Of a stretch of 64,000 nt of DNA, positions 28,001 to 40,655 are shown piece after piece; within the stretch, counting starts at the first letter, position 1; every line of letters starts with the position of its first letter. Origin of the DNA: Auanema rhodensis (taxonomy: Eukaryota > Animalia > Nematoda); the NCBI GenBank assembly GCA_964057225.1, contig OZ059897.1, positions 13,702,001 to 13,766,000 on the forward strand, given 5' to 3'. Under the pieces are notes generated by a model, which saw only the letters and a program-made list of their open reading frames with translations, searched no databases and was not told the DNA's origin. Both the position numbers and the translations under genes were made by a program.

Positions 28001-30967
28001 AATGCTTCAATAAGAGATGGTTAAGCTAAGGGTACACTGAATCAAAATCGTTTATAATATCTAATTATATACATAACATAAGTATATATACCATATATAT
28101 ATATATATATATATGTTTAGAGTTAGGTAATATATGCATATTTCTATATAACTATACATATTAAATAGGAAATATACTCCAGAACCAGGTTGAGATATCA
28201 AAGATTAAATATAAAACATCAAATAAATCCTTTTCAATATCAATGAGAAAAACACTTATGAATCCTTTTTTTTAAGTTTCATAGTGTAAAGTTTATAAAA
28301 ATAATCTAAAAAAAGAGATATTTTGAGAAAATAAATAAGTTCTACCCAGGATTATGTTACAACATCTTTCCTCTTAATTTTCAATCTTTATTCTATCATT
28401 TTTTGAACAGAATCAGAGAAAAAGTAGCCATTTCCTTTAAGAATCGACATAATTTATCTTCCATTTCTTCATTTATTTCAGCTCTTTCCGAACTTTCTTC
28501 ATCGTTCTGACATAAAGTATTCAGAAAAAAACTTTTACCTTCGTTCTCCCTCTTTCCCTCCCTCATTCAATACATACATTTATACTTCGATCTTAGAATA
28601 ATTTTTTATTCATCAAAAACATTTTTTCCTATATATGTACATGCTTATTAATTTTTTTGTTCAAAAATCGATTCTTCCTTACATTTTTCACTTACCGTGA
28701 TCCTTGTTATTCAGCTTTTCTATTCTTTTTCTTCTTTTCTTTTTAAACTCTCAATAACCAACTCCTATTGAATTATTTTTCACTTCTATATCATAAGTTG
28801 AAGAAGAAAAAAAAGTCTCTACCAAAAACCTTTAGCTATCTAGATTATTATTTTTTGAACAAAAAAACAAGAATTGAAAATTGAATTAGATTCATTCTAT
28901 CTTTCTAACATTTTATTACGTACTTTATTGCTATAACATCATGTCTAATGATGTGATGTTGAGGAATTTGCGACATCCTGTCAGTTCAATTTCTAGTTTT
29001 ATGCTCCTTTTTACTAGGAAATAGATATAGAAGCATAAGAGACAACGATACCACGTGGAACAACTTCATTTACTCTTGACAATTCCTCTCTCATCAATTC
29101 CTTATTCACATATTCTCGACACAGATGCATTAACTCCCTTTCCTCTCATCGTTCTTCTATACATACAAGTTGCTTTAGCATAATTGCCTCAATAGTTGGT
29201 GTATTTCTTGTGTTCTCAATCATTTTTATTTTTTATTTCAAATGTTAAATGATCAAAGAAATCAAGACTTTGTACTAAAATGACCAAAATCAAGAAAACT
29301 TTGGCAGTTTTATTACGTTTGTTTTTTTCATTTTTTCCCCCTGCCATCCATCATATGTTGCTATTTCAAGGACAAATTATATGTTAGATTTTGCTTTGAC
29401 ATGTCCATATTGAATTTATAAGCTAAAGCTAATCCAATGTCTTTTCTTTCGGTAAACCTCTTTCAATATTTGCTTTTAAAATTCTCTAATTTCAATTTGA
29501 AATTATCTGAAATCTTTATAGAATCATGTTCGTTTGATTTCATATTTCTTCACGTTATTTGCCCTTTTCTCATCATTAGAAAACATGAATTTTGTCTTGA
29601 AAACTTGAAATAGAGTATTCTGCTCCAACAGGGTATTCTGCTCCAATAAATGAATAAAATATAATGTTTCTACTAGAATATGTGATATTTTCTTCGGAAA
29701 ATTGAATTATTTTATTTAAAAATAGATAGATAATAACATTTATAAGTAAAAATCTTTTACTTTTTAATAACTATCAATTATATTTGTTCTAATTATCTAC
29801 GTGCTTTGTTAATCTCATCATAATTTCAACTATTTCCTTCTTTAACTATAATTATAAATTAAAAAATAATCTCAAAAATTGAAATGTATCAAAATATATA
29901 CAAATAATTGATACATCTATATCTATATCTACGTATGTTACTGGGTATCCCTAGTTCTCTTTTCAAATGTATCGTGTTTATTCTTTAAACTTGTCATTTT
30001 CTATCTTATTTTACGGTTCAATGGACCATCTGTTTCTGCAAGTTCAGCTTCCGTAAAATAGATTGTAATGACCTTTTTTGGATTGTATTAATATGTAAAT
30101 TTTCAATTTGAACTTTAAAAACATAAAAGTAACATAGTAGTAGTAATTCACAAAAACTACCAAAAACATACATACATACATGTTTCTTCATTCAATTTGC
30201 ATATATGTAGTTTCGTGCAAAAAAAAAAAAAATTTTGTTTCAATCCACACATCACAACGTAACATTTCTGAAAATAAATAAATAAAAATTATTTGTTTTC
30301 ATTCATCATATGCCATTTTTTTTCTTTTGTCTCTAAAATTCATTCCGCTCATTTTGTCAAAATACTTTTCCTGAGCTCTATCATTAACTACAATTTTGGA
30401 AAATTTTCTTTCACTTAACTAACTATCCTTAGAATATTTATTTTTTACTCATTTCCATTTCATATAAATAGTTTTAGTTGCGTACTTTTTCTTATTTTTC
30501 TTTAACTTTCTTTTATTTTTATTAGAATTAACATAAATTAGATAGTTATATCTATTTATATGAATGAAAAATATTTTTTTTTGATTCATTAATTTTAAAT
30601 TTTTGTTTTCAGATGACGTCTTCAGAAGACGATGCGTACCCTGGGGCATTTTTCATTCAATCTTCATCTGCATTAGATTCTGCTCTGTTTTTTGTACTAG
30701 CTGCATTCATATTGAATGTAATAGTAGTTATTCGTAAGTTAATCATATAATTATACATATTTTATATATTATAAATTAATTTATAAATAATTTTATATGT
30801 TTTCAGTTGCTTTCTGCTATTTCGATCCATCTCCATACCAAACACCATTGGTATCGCGAACATACCATACACTTCGTCGACTTAGTCGTCCAAGAGAGAA
30901 CAATATCCGAATGAGTGTCAAATCACCTAATGGAAGTCCAACTCCCTCTACTGTTCTATTTGTCTGA
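24173..30967 (+). CDS. Small single-pass membrane protein (~95-112 aa), unknown function; core exons 30613-30733 and 30807-30967, candidate upstream exon 24173-24226
   Basis: TTTCAG|ATG ACG TCT...ATT C|GTAAGT and TTTCAG|TT GCT...GTC TGA give MTSSEDDAYPGAFFIQSSSALDSALFFVLAAFILNVIVVILAFCYFDPSPYQTPLVSRTYHTLRRLSRPRENNIRMSVKSPNGSPTPSTVLFV*. Upstream phase-0 exon MANAPADPHHFSFSNHKP|GTGAGT. Absent from the ORF track. Confidence 0.65.
24643..24664. repeat. (CTG)n short trinucleotide repeat
   Basis: ctgctgctgctgctgctgctgc in non-coding DNA. Confidence 0.85.
24998..25072. repeat. Interrupted (AG)n microsatellite with a duplicated GAGAGAAATAGATAAA unit
   Basis: Read directly; it explains the spurious ERER ORF 24948-25166. 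Confidence 0.9.
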
Positions 30968-32288
30968 ATAATAGAATTACAAATCATTTGACATTTTCAT
31001 TATAAAATCAGGTTTTAATACTTATTATCTACGGGTATCTCAGAAAAATGTTTTCCTTATTTAGTTGGAAAACAATAAAAAAGACCGAAAATTGAATGTT
31101 AACTACTAATTAAGATAAATAATTAGGTGAACATGCAATAATACTTATTATATTCAATATACTTCATTATGTATAAAAGCTTATAACAGGATCATGTATA
31201 ATATTTATTGTTGATTATACTTTTGTATTATTTTTCTTTTTTTTTCTGAAAAATTTAAATTTAAAAATAAATAATTTTTATGAAACAATCATTTGGTTTT
31301 GCCTTAGTTATAAACCCATTAAACATTTTTAAAAAAAATATTTTATTATAAAAAATCTTTCAACACATATTATAACAAATACACTATTTTACTATATATT
31401 ATTTTTATTCTTTATAAATGAAACTTTTTTGTTTTGTTTTAAAAATCTTTTGTTTAAGAAAATAATAAATTATATTAATTATTACTATATATTTAAAATA
31501 TATCTATATCTATATAGTTATTTTAATGATTAAACGAAATAAACATCAAAAATCTCATGAGAATATATGTTTATACGTATATTATATTTAATATTTGATC
31601 ATATCTTCCTAATTTAAAATAATAATAATTTGTTTAAAAATTATTTTATAATTTTATATATTTATATACTTTCTAAAAACTTTTCAAATCTATTATATTC
31701 ATTATTTTTATATAATTTTATGAAATTGATAAACGACATTGAACATGGCCAAAAGCATCAACATGATAATGAATGTTTAGTATTTTCATTTAATTCTATT
31801 CAGCTTTATAAGATTATTATTTAAATTATATTTAATATAAATTATAAATGTAAATATTTATTTTCTATATTATACTCAGCGTGACTAATGCAGACATACA
31901 CGCAAAGAAAAAAAATTGAAAGAATTATATTCATATATTTATGACTAGATGTACAATAATTAAAAAATCTTATTCTCTTATATGTACATGCAAGCAGGAA
32001 CTTCATTTATGTAAACTATACGTATAATTAAAATGAATACATTCTATGTTAATATTATATAATATCTCGTAATAAGGAACCCGATGACAATAATCTGGAG
32101 AGTCAGATGCGTTGTAAGTTGAAGACTGTTCAATAAATATCTGTTTCTTCTTCTTCTTCTTCTTCTTTAGGTAAGTATATTGCATGAAAAGACCTGCTTC
32201 AAATTACGGCAAAGAAGATGGATAATATATAATAAAAAAAATTAAATAATATTAATTATAATTAATATTATTAATTAATCTTTCATTA

Positions 32289-35200
32289 TCACCATATACG
32301 ACATTTTTCAAACGGATTCATACCACTACCAATAGGACATTCAAATGCTTTCGAAAATGCAGGAAAATTTTGCAAAGGAACATTAACTCTAAAAGGAATT
32401 TTTGTTTTTCAAATAAATAATTTTAATTTCAAATTACCTGAACATTCCTAATGAATGAACATCTGTATCAATTAAATATTCAATAGCTGATGGTTTTAAT
32501 GATTCACACCATGTCTGCAAATAGAAAAGAATTGTTTGATTTTTGGAAAGTATTTTCATTTCCGTTTTTTGCTTTGTTTGATGCTTATCTTTGAAAAAAA
32601 AACTTTTTAACAAGTCAAACATAGATTTACTTAAGAAAATATAAGAAAAAACTTTCAAAAATAAGCCGTCTTGTACTGTACAAGTTCTTAAACTTACATT
32701 TGCATAAGATAAAAAGAATAGCTGATTATGATTGAAATTTGACAAGCCAGGCAACGATATTGTCTCATTATCTCGAGCTAATCTTCGTTGATAAGCCTTA
32801 ATTTTATTATAAATATACATATATCTATAAATTATGTCGACAAGTTACCTCATAAGCTATACGTAAACCTCCATTATCGGCAATATTCTCTCCGATTGTT
32901 AATCTTCCATCAGACTGAAAACATAGACTAGACTAAAGAAACAAAATATTGAAAATACATACTCTTTTCCCTGTAATTGGCTCAATTTTATTTCCGTATT
33001 GAGCGACGAAACATTGTTTCTTCTTTTGAAACGTAGCCATAGTTTCATCTCCCCACCAGTTACGCAAATTGCCATATTCATCATATTGCGCTCCTGAAAT
33101 ATATATATTTGAATGATTAATTATATGATTATATATATTACCTAGATCATCATATCCATGTGTGATTTCATGACCAATTCCCATTCCGATTGAACCATAA
33201 TTAGCAAAAGCTGGACCAGTTGGAACAAACATAGGAAACTGAAGAATTCCAGCAGGGAAAACTGCAAATGACAAAGTAGCAAAGATTAGAAAAGATGATC
33301 ACAAACTTATTTCATTTCCAGTAAAAAAATGAAAAGCATCCACTGCAATAATTGGTGAAGCCCATGCTTCCTCAGATGGAGCTCGCTTAGCCTTTGATAG
33401 AATTTCTCTTAAATTTTGCATTTTCATTAACATCTCTTTATTTGTAAGAAAAAAACCTGACAGCAGTTTTCTTCAATGTTAAAGCATTTTCAAAAAATTG
33501 ATTAGCTGTCAATCGGATTCCAGCATAAGGCAATAAAACTGCTGTTTCATTCAAAAGTGAATTCGGGAATCTAAAATATATAAATTCTTTTTAAATAAAA
33601 TATATTTTTTTGGTTTATTTACCCTATTTTGTATCTCATTTTTTCGATTTTGTTTAAAGCAGCATGACGAGTAATCTCATCAATCCAATCAGCATTTAAG
33701 ACTGTTTGCTCCATTGATCGACGTAAATCTCCAATCATTTCTTCAGCCTTTAAACAAAAATTAATAATACAATTTGATTATATATTATAATACTTTAGTT
33801 CTATCATCTAAGCTGAAATAACGATGAGCATATGCTGTAGATAGAGGCATAGCTAAATGATCTCTAACTTCTTTAACACATCTTTCCCAAATAGGTACCT
33901 AAAAAATCAATCAAATCTTAATAATATATAGAAAAACAAATTGTTTACCTCTGATGTTACACCATACATTTTAGAACGGAATTCTTGATACGGTATACGA
34001 TATTTAATAGGAAGATATGAATCAAATGATGAAACAAGTCTCCACATCAAATAATTATTTACAGAACTAAATTAATAATTTAATTTTTAATTTTTTTTTC
34101 AGTAAAAATACCTTAATGGTTTCGATTTAATTAATGCTGACAAATTATCAAAATAACTTGTATCAATTACATTAATCATTAAATTATCCGAAAGAATTCC
34201 AATATGACTTCTTAATTCAGAATTAAAAAACATATCCCAATCAATCTTTAATAAATATTAATTATAATATTAAATATTAATATATATATATATAAATTAC
34301 CTGATGATATTGTTTTTTAAAATCACCATATTTCATAACATTATTTATAGATGTATGATTACGAGTATTTTCTATTCTGGTTAACTATAATAAAATATTT
34401 TTTAATTTATAATAAATAAAGTATAATTAATTTACATTAGCAATTCTTCTCTCAAAATCAATTATATCATTAACTTGATATTCAATGACACCAGATTCAT
34501 CTTCCATATCAACACCTATATTCATGAAAATATTTGAATTAATATTAAAAAACAATTTTCTTTACCTAATAATTCTAATAAACTTAAAATGTATTTTCTG
34601 TAATGTCCTAAATATTCGTTAGACGATGGAGCTTCTCTATAAAATTTCTTTTTTTCCAAGAATAATCGTGGTGGTGAAAACTAAAAAAAAAATAATTTTT
34701 GTTTGTTATGTATATACATATAGTAAATTATACTAACCATTAACATTTGATTTTTACTATCTACAAAACTGTTATGAACAAATAAACGAACAAGTCCATC
34801 AACACCATAAACGGCAAGTTGTCCTTTAAAAATAAATTTAGAAAAAAATATTCTTTTATATCTTTATTACCTGCTAATGTTTCCCAATGATAATCATTTG
34901 AGTCAAAACGAGCATTTGTGAGTAATTCCCATCCACCCAAATGTGATATTAATGATGTCAATGGTAAAGTATTCTGATAATATATATTTTATTTTTAAAA
35001 TAAAGATAGTTTAATACCATCTCTTCTTGAGATTCTTCATCCATACAAGAATCAAAATAGATTTGTGTCAGTTTCATTGAACGTGTTGCATTTTCTTGTG
35101 GATTTTCGAGAATATCTGTAACAATGCTTGATTAACTATGTCTTATATATGAGCAAGCTTAGAACCTCGTAGATGTCGATCCAAGTCTTGTTTCATCTCA

Positions 35201-38200
35201 CTTAGAATTGTTACTTTCTTCTCATGTAGGGGTACAACCTGGAAATTATTTTTTAAATTATGAAATTTAAAAAAGAACTATTACCTTTTGAGAAGCATAA
35301 CGCCCACAAGCGAATTGATAGAAATCAGAGCATGGGTTGATATCTTTGTTCATATTATTTAAATAATTTGCAGCTAAAATATGTATTGTCTAATATATTT
35401 TTATATGAATATTCTATACCAAGTCTGATACAATCTGGGGAATTACAGTACAAGTCATTCTGACTATTTGAAGTATTCGATCCATCTGGTATAATATTCG
35501 AGGTTTGAGGGCATGTCTGATTAGCTGTAATCATATATTTGAAGAAATGTAATAGCAAAATAGAAAAAGTTGAAATTAGCATAAACTTGTATATAGTTAA
35601 CATCCCGTATTTCACGTAATTTGCTATTTTGAAATTATAATAAATCATTTTAAACAATTTATCAGTTTCATACGGTTGTCCTTATTTAAATCCGCCCACG
35701 CACACACTCACGCTGTCTCATCAACAAACATATATTGTTTCTTCTTCTTCCCTTTTTGAAGTTTCATTATCTTTTCACTTTTAAAAGAGAAATATTCAGT
35801 GGGAAACGTTTACGAACAAGTGGGCCGCAGAAAATGTTAAGATCAGCGTCAAAGACGAAGAACTCGGAAGGGTACTTCACAAGATGCCACATACCTTAAG
35901 AACATTGCTCTCAAAAGCTACTATAGAAACTAAATCCATATATACATACATGTGTTTGTAGTTTTTTTTTATTAAAAATATATTTTATAAAGATAAGAAA
36001 TAATATTAAATGAAATATGTGATAATAATCATACCTGTTAATGTGGAAAATCCATCTGTTAGCAAAGCTACTATAGTTATAAATGAAATAGCTATGAGTA
36101 AAGTTATAATAAATAAAATTGCAAAGAGAGCGGCTAAACGAGATGATCTGAAATATATAAATAATATATTTTATTGTTTTTTTTTGTTTAATCGATGTTG
36201 TTTCATGAATGTTTTCAGTTCAATTTGAGCAAAAAATAACGTTTCTCCCTAATTTCTTTGAGACAGTCCATTAAGATTTCTATTCATGTTTGAAACCAAA
36301 TAAAAATGAAAACATTTTGATTCAACTACTCAGTTGATGTGGTCTAACCCTTCTGTATCGGGACTATATTGATGTTATTAGACTGATGGTTGTGCTGTGC
36401 GAATGGTAAAGAACGGAGAGTTTGAGTTCTTTGTATCTCATTCGCAGTCGATTCAATCTACAAAGCCGAATAGCAATGTTTAGATTGCCGTTTTCCTGAC
36501 AGCTTTTCTCTCACAACTACAATATGTCTATGACTTCTACAGCCGACCCATCTCAACACTTCATAACGCTAGATGACCAACAGAAAAAACACGAAACTAT
36601 GTGAAAGGGATATGTTTCAAGTCAAAACAATGTAACAACAAGAAAGCTGTCTAATCTTCTTGCAAAGTATTGGAAAAAAGGACAAAAGATTTAAGAAAAT
36701 ATCTATGAGCTTTTCGTCAGCTCAATATGAAATAGAAAGAGTATCAAAGACGAAAAACAATCAAATGAAAGAAGAAATAGCAATCAAAAAATGATAACTT
36801 GAATTTGATTTTAAAAAAACTTCGTTTACCTCCATTCGTCATGGAATAGTTTTGTAACTGAATAATTAGCCATAGTTAGTCAATGGTAAGTAAGCTCTGG
36901 AGTTGAGTCTTCAGATTTAACTTAAAGTTTTCATGTCGAGCTCTTCCAAAAAAAAATGAAAAAAGTCTTAAAAATTGTTGGAAGATTCTGAAAATTTATA
37001 AAAGATTCATACAAAAAAATAAAGAAGACACGATATTTTGAAAATAAACAAATTGATATGACATCAACTATTCTGATAATCTTCAAAAAAAATAACGAAA
37101 ACTCGAAGAAAATCAAGGAGGAAATAAAATTTTTAGAAGTTAAGCATGTTTACAAGATATTCGGAATTTTTTATCTGAAATCAAATAAGTAAATCTGAGA
37201 AAAAAACTTGAAAATGAAATCTAATGATGCTGATAGATTCAGCTATTCAATAAGAATTGAATGTTGCAAAGTTAATATAAGCCAAAAATGTTTCAAAAAT
37301 AAAAAAAAGTTCGAGAGAAGAATCGGAGAATCAAAGAATAGTTGCATGAAAATCAAAATCAAGAAATGGTTGGCAAGCGTGAAATAGATGGATTAATAAG
37401 ATTCTGTCAGCAGTTTCACGACAGGCATAGATAACAAGATTTTTTTAAAACATATTGTTCATTTGTTTGTCTTTTTAGCCATCTACTCCATGACAGACCG
37501 ACAGGGGTGGGCTAGCCAATCAGGTAGGCATCAGAAGGCTGGACGATTGATTGTCGCTAGAGTGCGCGGAATGCTGAGAAGAGTTTGGATGAACGAGAGA
37601 GAAAAAAACAGAAGGAGAGAGAAAAGAGAAGAATCATAACGAATGCTACCGGAGGAAGAACCGGACGTCGTTCTTATACTTGCTCGTGATATCAGGCAGA
37701 TTTTACAGAAAAAAATGCGAAAAAGCTGATTAGAAAATGAAAATTCTTGAAAATGTGCAAAAGAGATGTGTTGAAAATGTGAAAATTGGATCTCGTTCAT
37801 TTACTAGAAAAACATTTCAAATGCTTTCTCAATTGAACCATTGATGATAAAGTAAAGAAGAGGGGGGGGGAGACTTGGGGTTAAGCTCATTATAGCTGTG
37901 ATGTTGTTTTGAACAATCAGATTTAAGAAATACTTAAACTAAATATATAGTCTGTATTACAACGATTAAAGAATGAAGTTTTATTTATTTAAAGATGAAA
38001 ACGAAGTAAAATGACCAATACTACGTGTGTTTACTAGAAAACAGGAAATATTTCTGAATGTCGTTTGGAGAAAAGAACTCGACAATTTTTTAACGAAAAA
38101 GACGAAAAGTTGTAGAGTTAATATAAATTATTTTTTTATAAATAAGTATAAATAAACTAACCGACACATTCCAATTATATTGAAGAAGTTTATAAATAGT

Positions 38201-40655
38201 AAATATATGTAGTATTGTAATTATAACTGTTTACTTGGAAATAGTTCAATGAGTTTATATTTTTAAGATGAGCAGGAAAAGCTGGTTAGATAGCAATACA
38301 GGTGTAATCGAAAGAACTAGATACTACTCCTCAACTACTATGCTCCAACTAGAAGTATGAGATGAAGATGATTTAACATTGACTTGTGAGTCAGTTTGAC
38401 TATGCTATGATGAGCTGGATCGTTATGGTTTTGAACCAGTGGAATATGAATAAGGAACAGTTGGGTGGGGGGAGGAATAAGAGTGAAAAAGAGATTAGAG
38501 CGTGAAGAGAAGCATTTAGCATAGGCTGCTCTTTAGACGAGAATTCAGCCACTCAAGCCGTTAACTTAAACATGTACACGAGGTATCTCAATTTTGCTTC
38601 TGCTACCTGCAAGACTTAGATAGACGGAGAAAGAGGGGTAGACGGTCAAAACATTGACTGTGTAAGAAAACAGAGAAATGAGATATTGTGGAATATACGT
38701 GTGAATTTGAGAAGGAAGAGAGAAAGATAAGATATAGCTTATGAGATATCTTCCACTTATAGCATAACACAACCATCTTCACAATACATCTTTCGTATTA
38801 TGAGATAATGAACTTAAACTTCTTTGAGCTCTTCACAATAGCTGGGTGAGGAAACCGAAGCCATCTTTTCAATACGTAAACACTATCATACTCGACGAAT
38901 AGTCATCTCACCCAGCGACATCCACTTCATCAGTATCAGTCATAACTCTACACAATTTTCACGGTTTTCTTTATTTTATTTTGAATAAATTATTGTTTCA
39001 GAAGTTTTTAAAAAATGTTTTTATAATTAAAATTATATTTTTATACCTTTCATTATCATGTTCTTGATTTATTGATTCAGATGAACAATCACTAGAAGTT
39101 CTCCCACTTGGTGAATCAGAAGATGCTCGTGCCGTGGTTCCTGAATGGAACCGCCGACTGAAAATAAAATAAAAAATAATATATATGTATAGTTAATTAT
39201 TATGTTTATATTATGTGTTTTTATCAAATTATCTTTAATTTGATACTAATAATGATAATCAAATTGTTTCTTAACAAACGTTCTTGACGTGTTTAAAGAC
39301 AACTGACCACTTCGAATTTCTAAAAACTATTGGTTTTTTATTTTTTTCTTTTTCGCTCTATTTCTCTTTTGAGTCTAGTTCAATGTGTTGTAGTTTTGTT
39401 TGCAGAAATTTGTTAAAATTTGCGCAGAAAAGATAGAATCCATTTAGAAATTCGTTTCGAAACATGTATGTATTTCAAATAACAATAGAACTAACTAGAT
39501 TGCTCACCACTAATCTTATTTGCTTACTTTGGCATAAAACAATTTTTTGTTTTTATTAACAAAAATGTAAAAGAAACTAAAAAAAGATTTCAAATAATTC
39601 TATAATTTTAAATCAGTACCTTATCTTTTCCTCCACAGACACAATTTTGAAAATGGGTGGTATAACTGGGGAATCCAGAATTTTAGAGGAAATGAGAGTA
39701 GTGCACAACGAATAAAAGTCTTACGAAGATTTTAAAGTTCTCGGAAATTTGAAATTCTCTCAAGAGCTTATAAAGATTTACTGATATTATGAAAATTTGG
39801 ACGAGGAAATTCCTGGAAAAACATACAAACTTAACGAAAAGTAAGAAAGATATGATCACGCAATACAATATGCAAGATTTCAAAAAATTTCATTCCTTTT
39901 AAAAAAAATGATAAATACTTTGCTATAGAATGTGAAAAATTGATCTAAACTTTCAAATTAGCAGATTTTGTTAAGCTTGAGCAAAATGAAAGATTTAGTC
40001 GGAAGGTGACAAAGGCTCAAAAGGACGGTAGAAGCTGAGCAGCTTTTGCATTGAAATTCGGCTTGTTGTTGAGCTTGAAGTGTGCTAGCCGTTCACTTGA
40101 GTGGTCATTAACTAACACACAGATGATCGAAGCTTTTCGAACTGAGGTTAAGGTTGAAAAAGACACAAGGAAAGATACAAGAGTTGATTTCTAATCGCTT
40201 GACGGAAATTTATAAAATGTTTCCTAATCCCATAAGAAACTATAAGAAACTTTTAAGTCATCGAGAATTTTTAAAAATATTTTTAAGTAATAAACTAAAA
40301 GCAAAACTAGAACACTTATCAAACGTGCTTTAAACATGCCGTGACCGGTGTGAACAACTTCCTTTATACCGAAAAAAATGCATATTTCTAGTGAATAAAT
40401 TTGTCAATAAGTTGAAACATTTTCAAAAGAATAAATAAATTGAGCTTAATCAATGTATGAAGATTACCAAATTATATAAATATATATAAATTTTAATTAT
40501 ATTTTTTTTGAAATTATAATTATGTGAAAAATAATAAATTAAATAAAAATAAATTCTTACTTCTCTTTAGAAAATCCATAAGTTGGATTTAAAGTATATA
40601 ATGAATTTTTATAACTCCATGATGTTGATGCCTCTTTTTTTTGCCTTATTGTCAT
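32289..40655 (-). CDS. Neprilysin family (peptidase M13) type II membrane zinc metallopeptidase
   Basis: HEITH zinc motif ([14 protein letters not shown]), [39 protein letters not shown]-terminal [10 protein letters not shown]-terminal exons 40655-40561 ([10 protein letters not shown]...), ~39158-39046 and a TM exon ~36147-36034 ([25 protein letters not shown]) join in consistent phases. Confidence 0.92.
38790..38923 (+). ncRNA. Candidate structured RNA (H/ACA-like layout)
   Basis: ACAATA (ANANNA) at 38835-38840, a perfect 10-bp stem GCTGGGTGAG/CTCACCCAGC (38841-38850 with 38907-38916), then ACA at 38918-38920. The 5' hairpin is weak. Confidence 0.25.

Noticed and set aside
38841-38916. 76-nt stem-closed segment as a tRNA
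   Set aside because: No A box, canonical T-loop or cloverleaf on either strand; kept only as a generic structured-RNA candidate.
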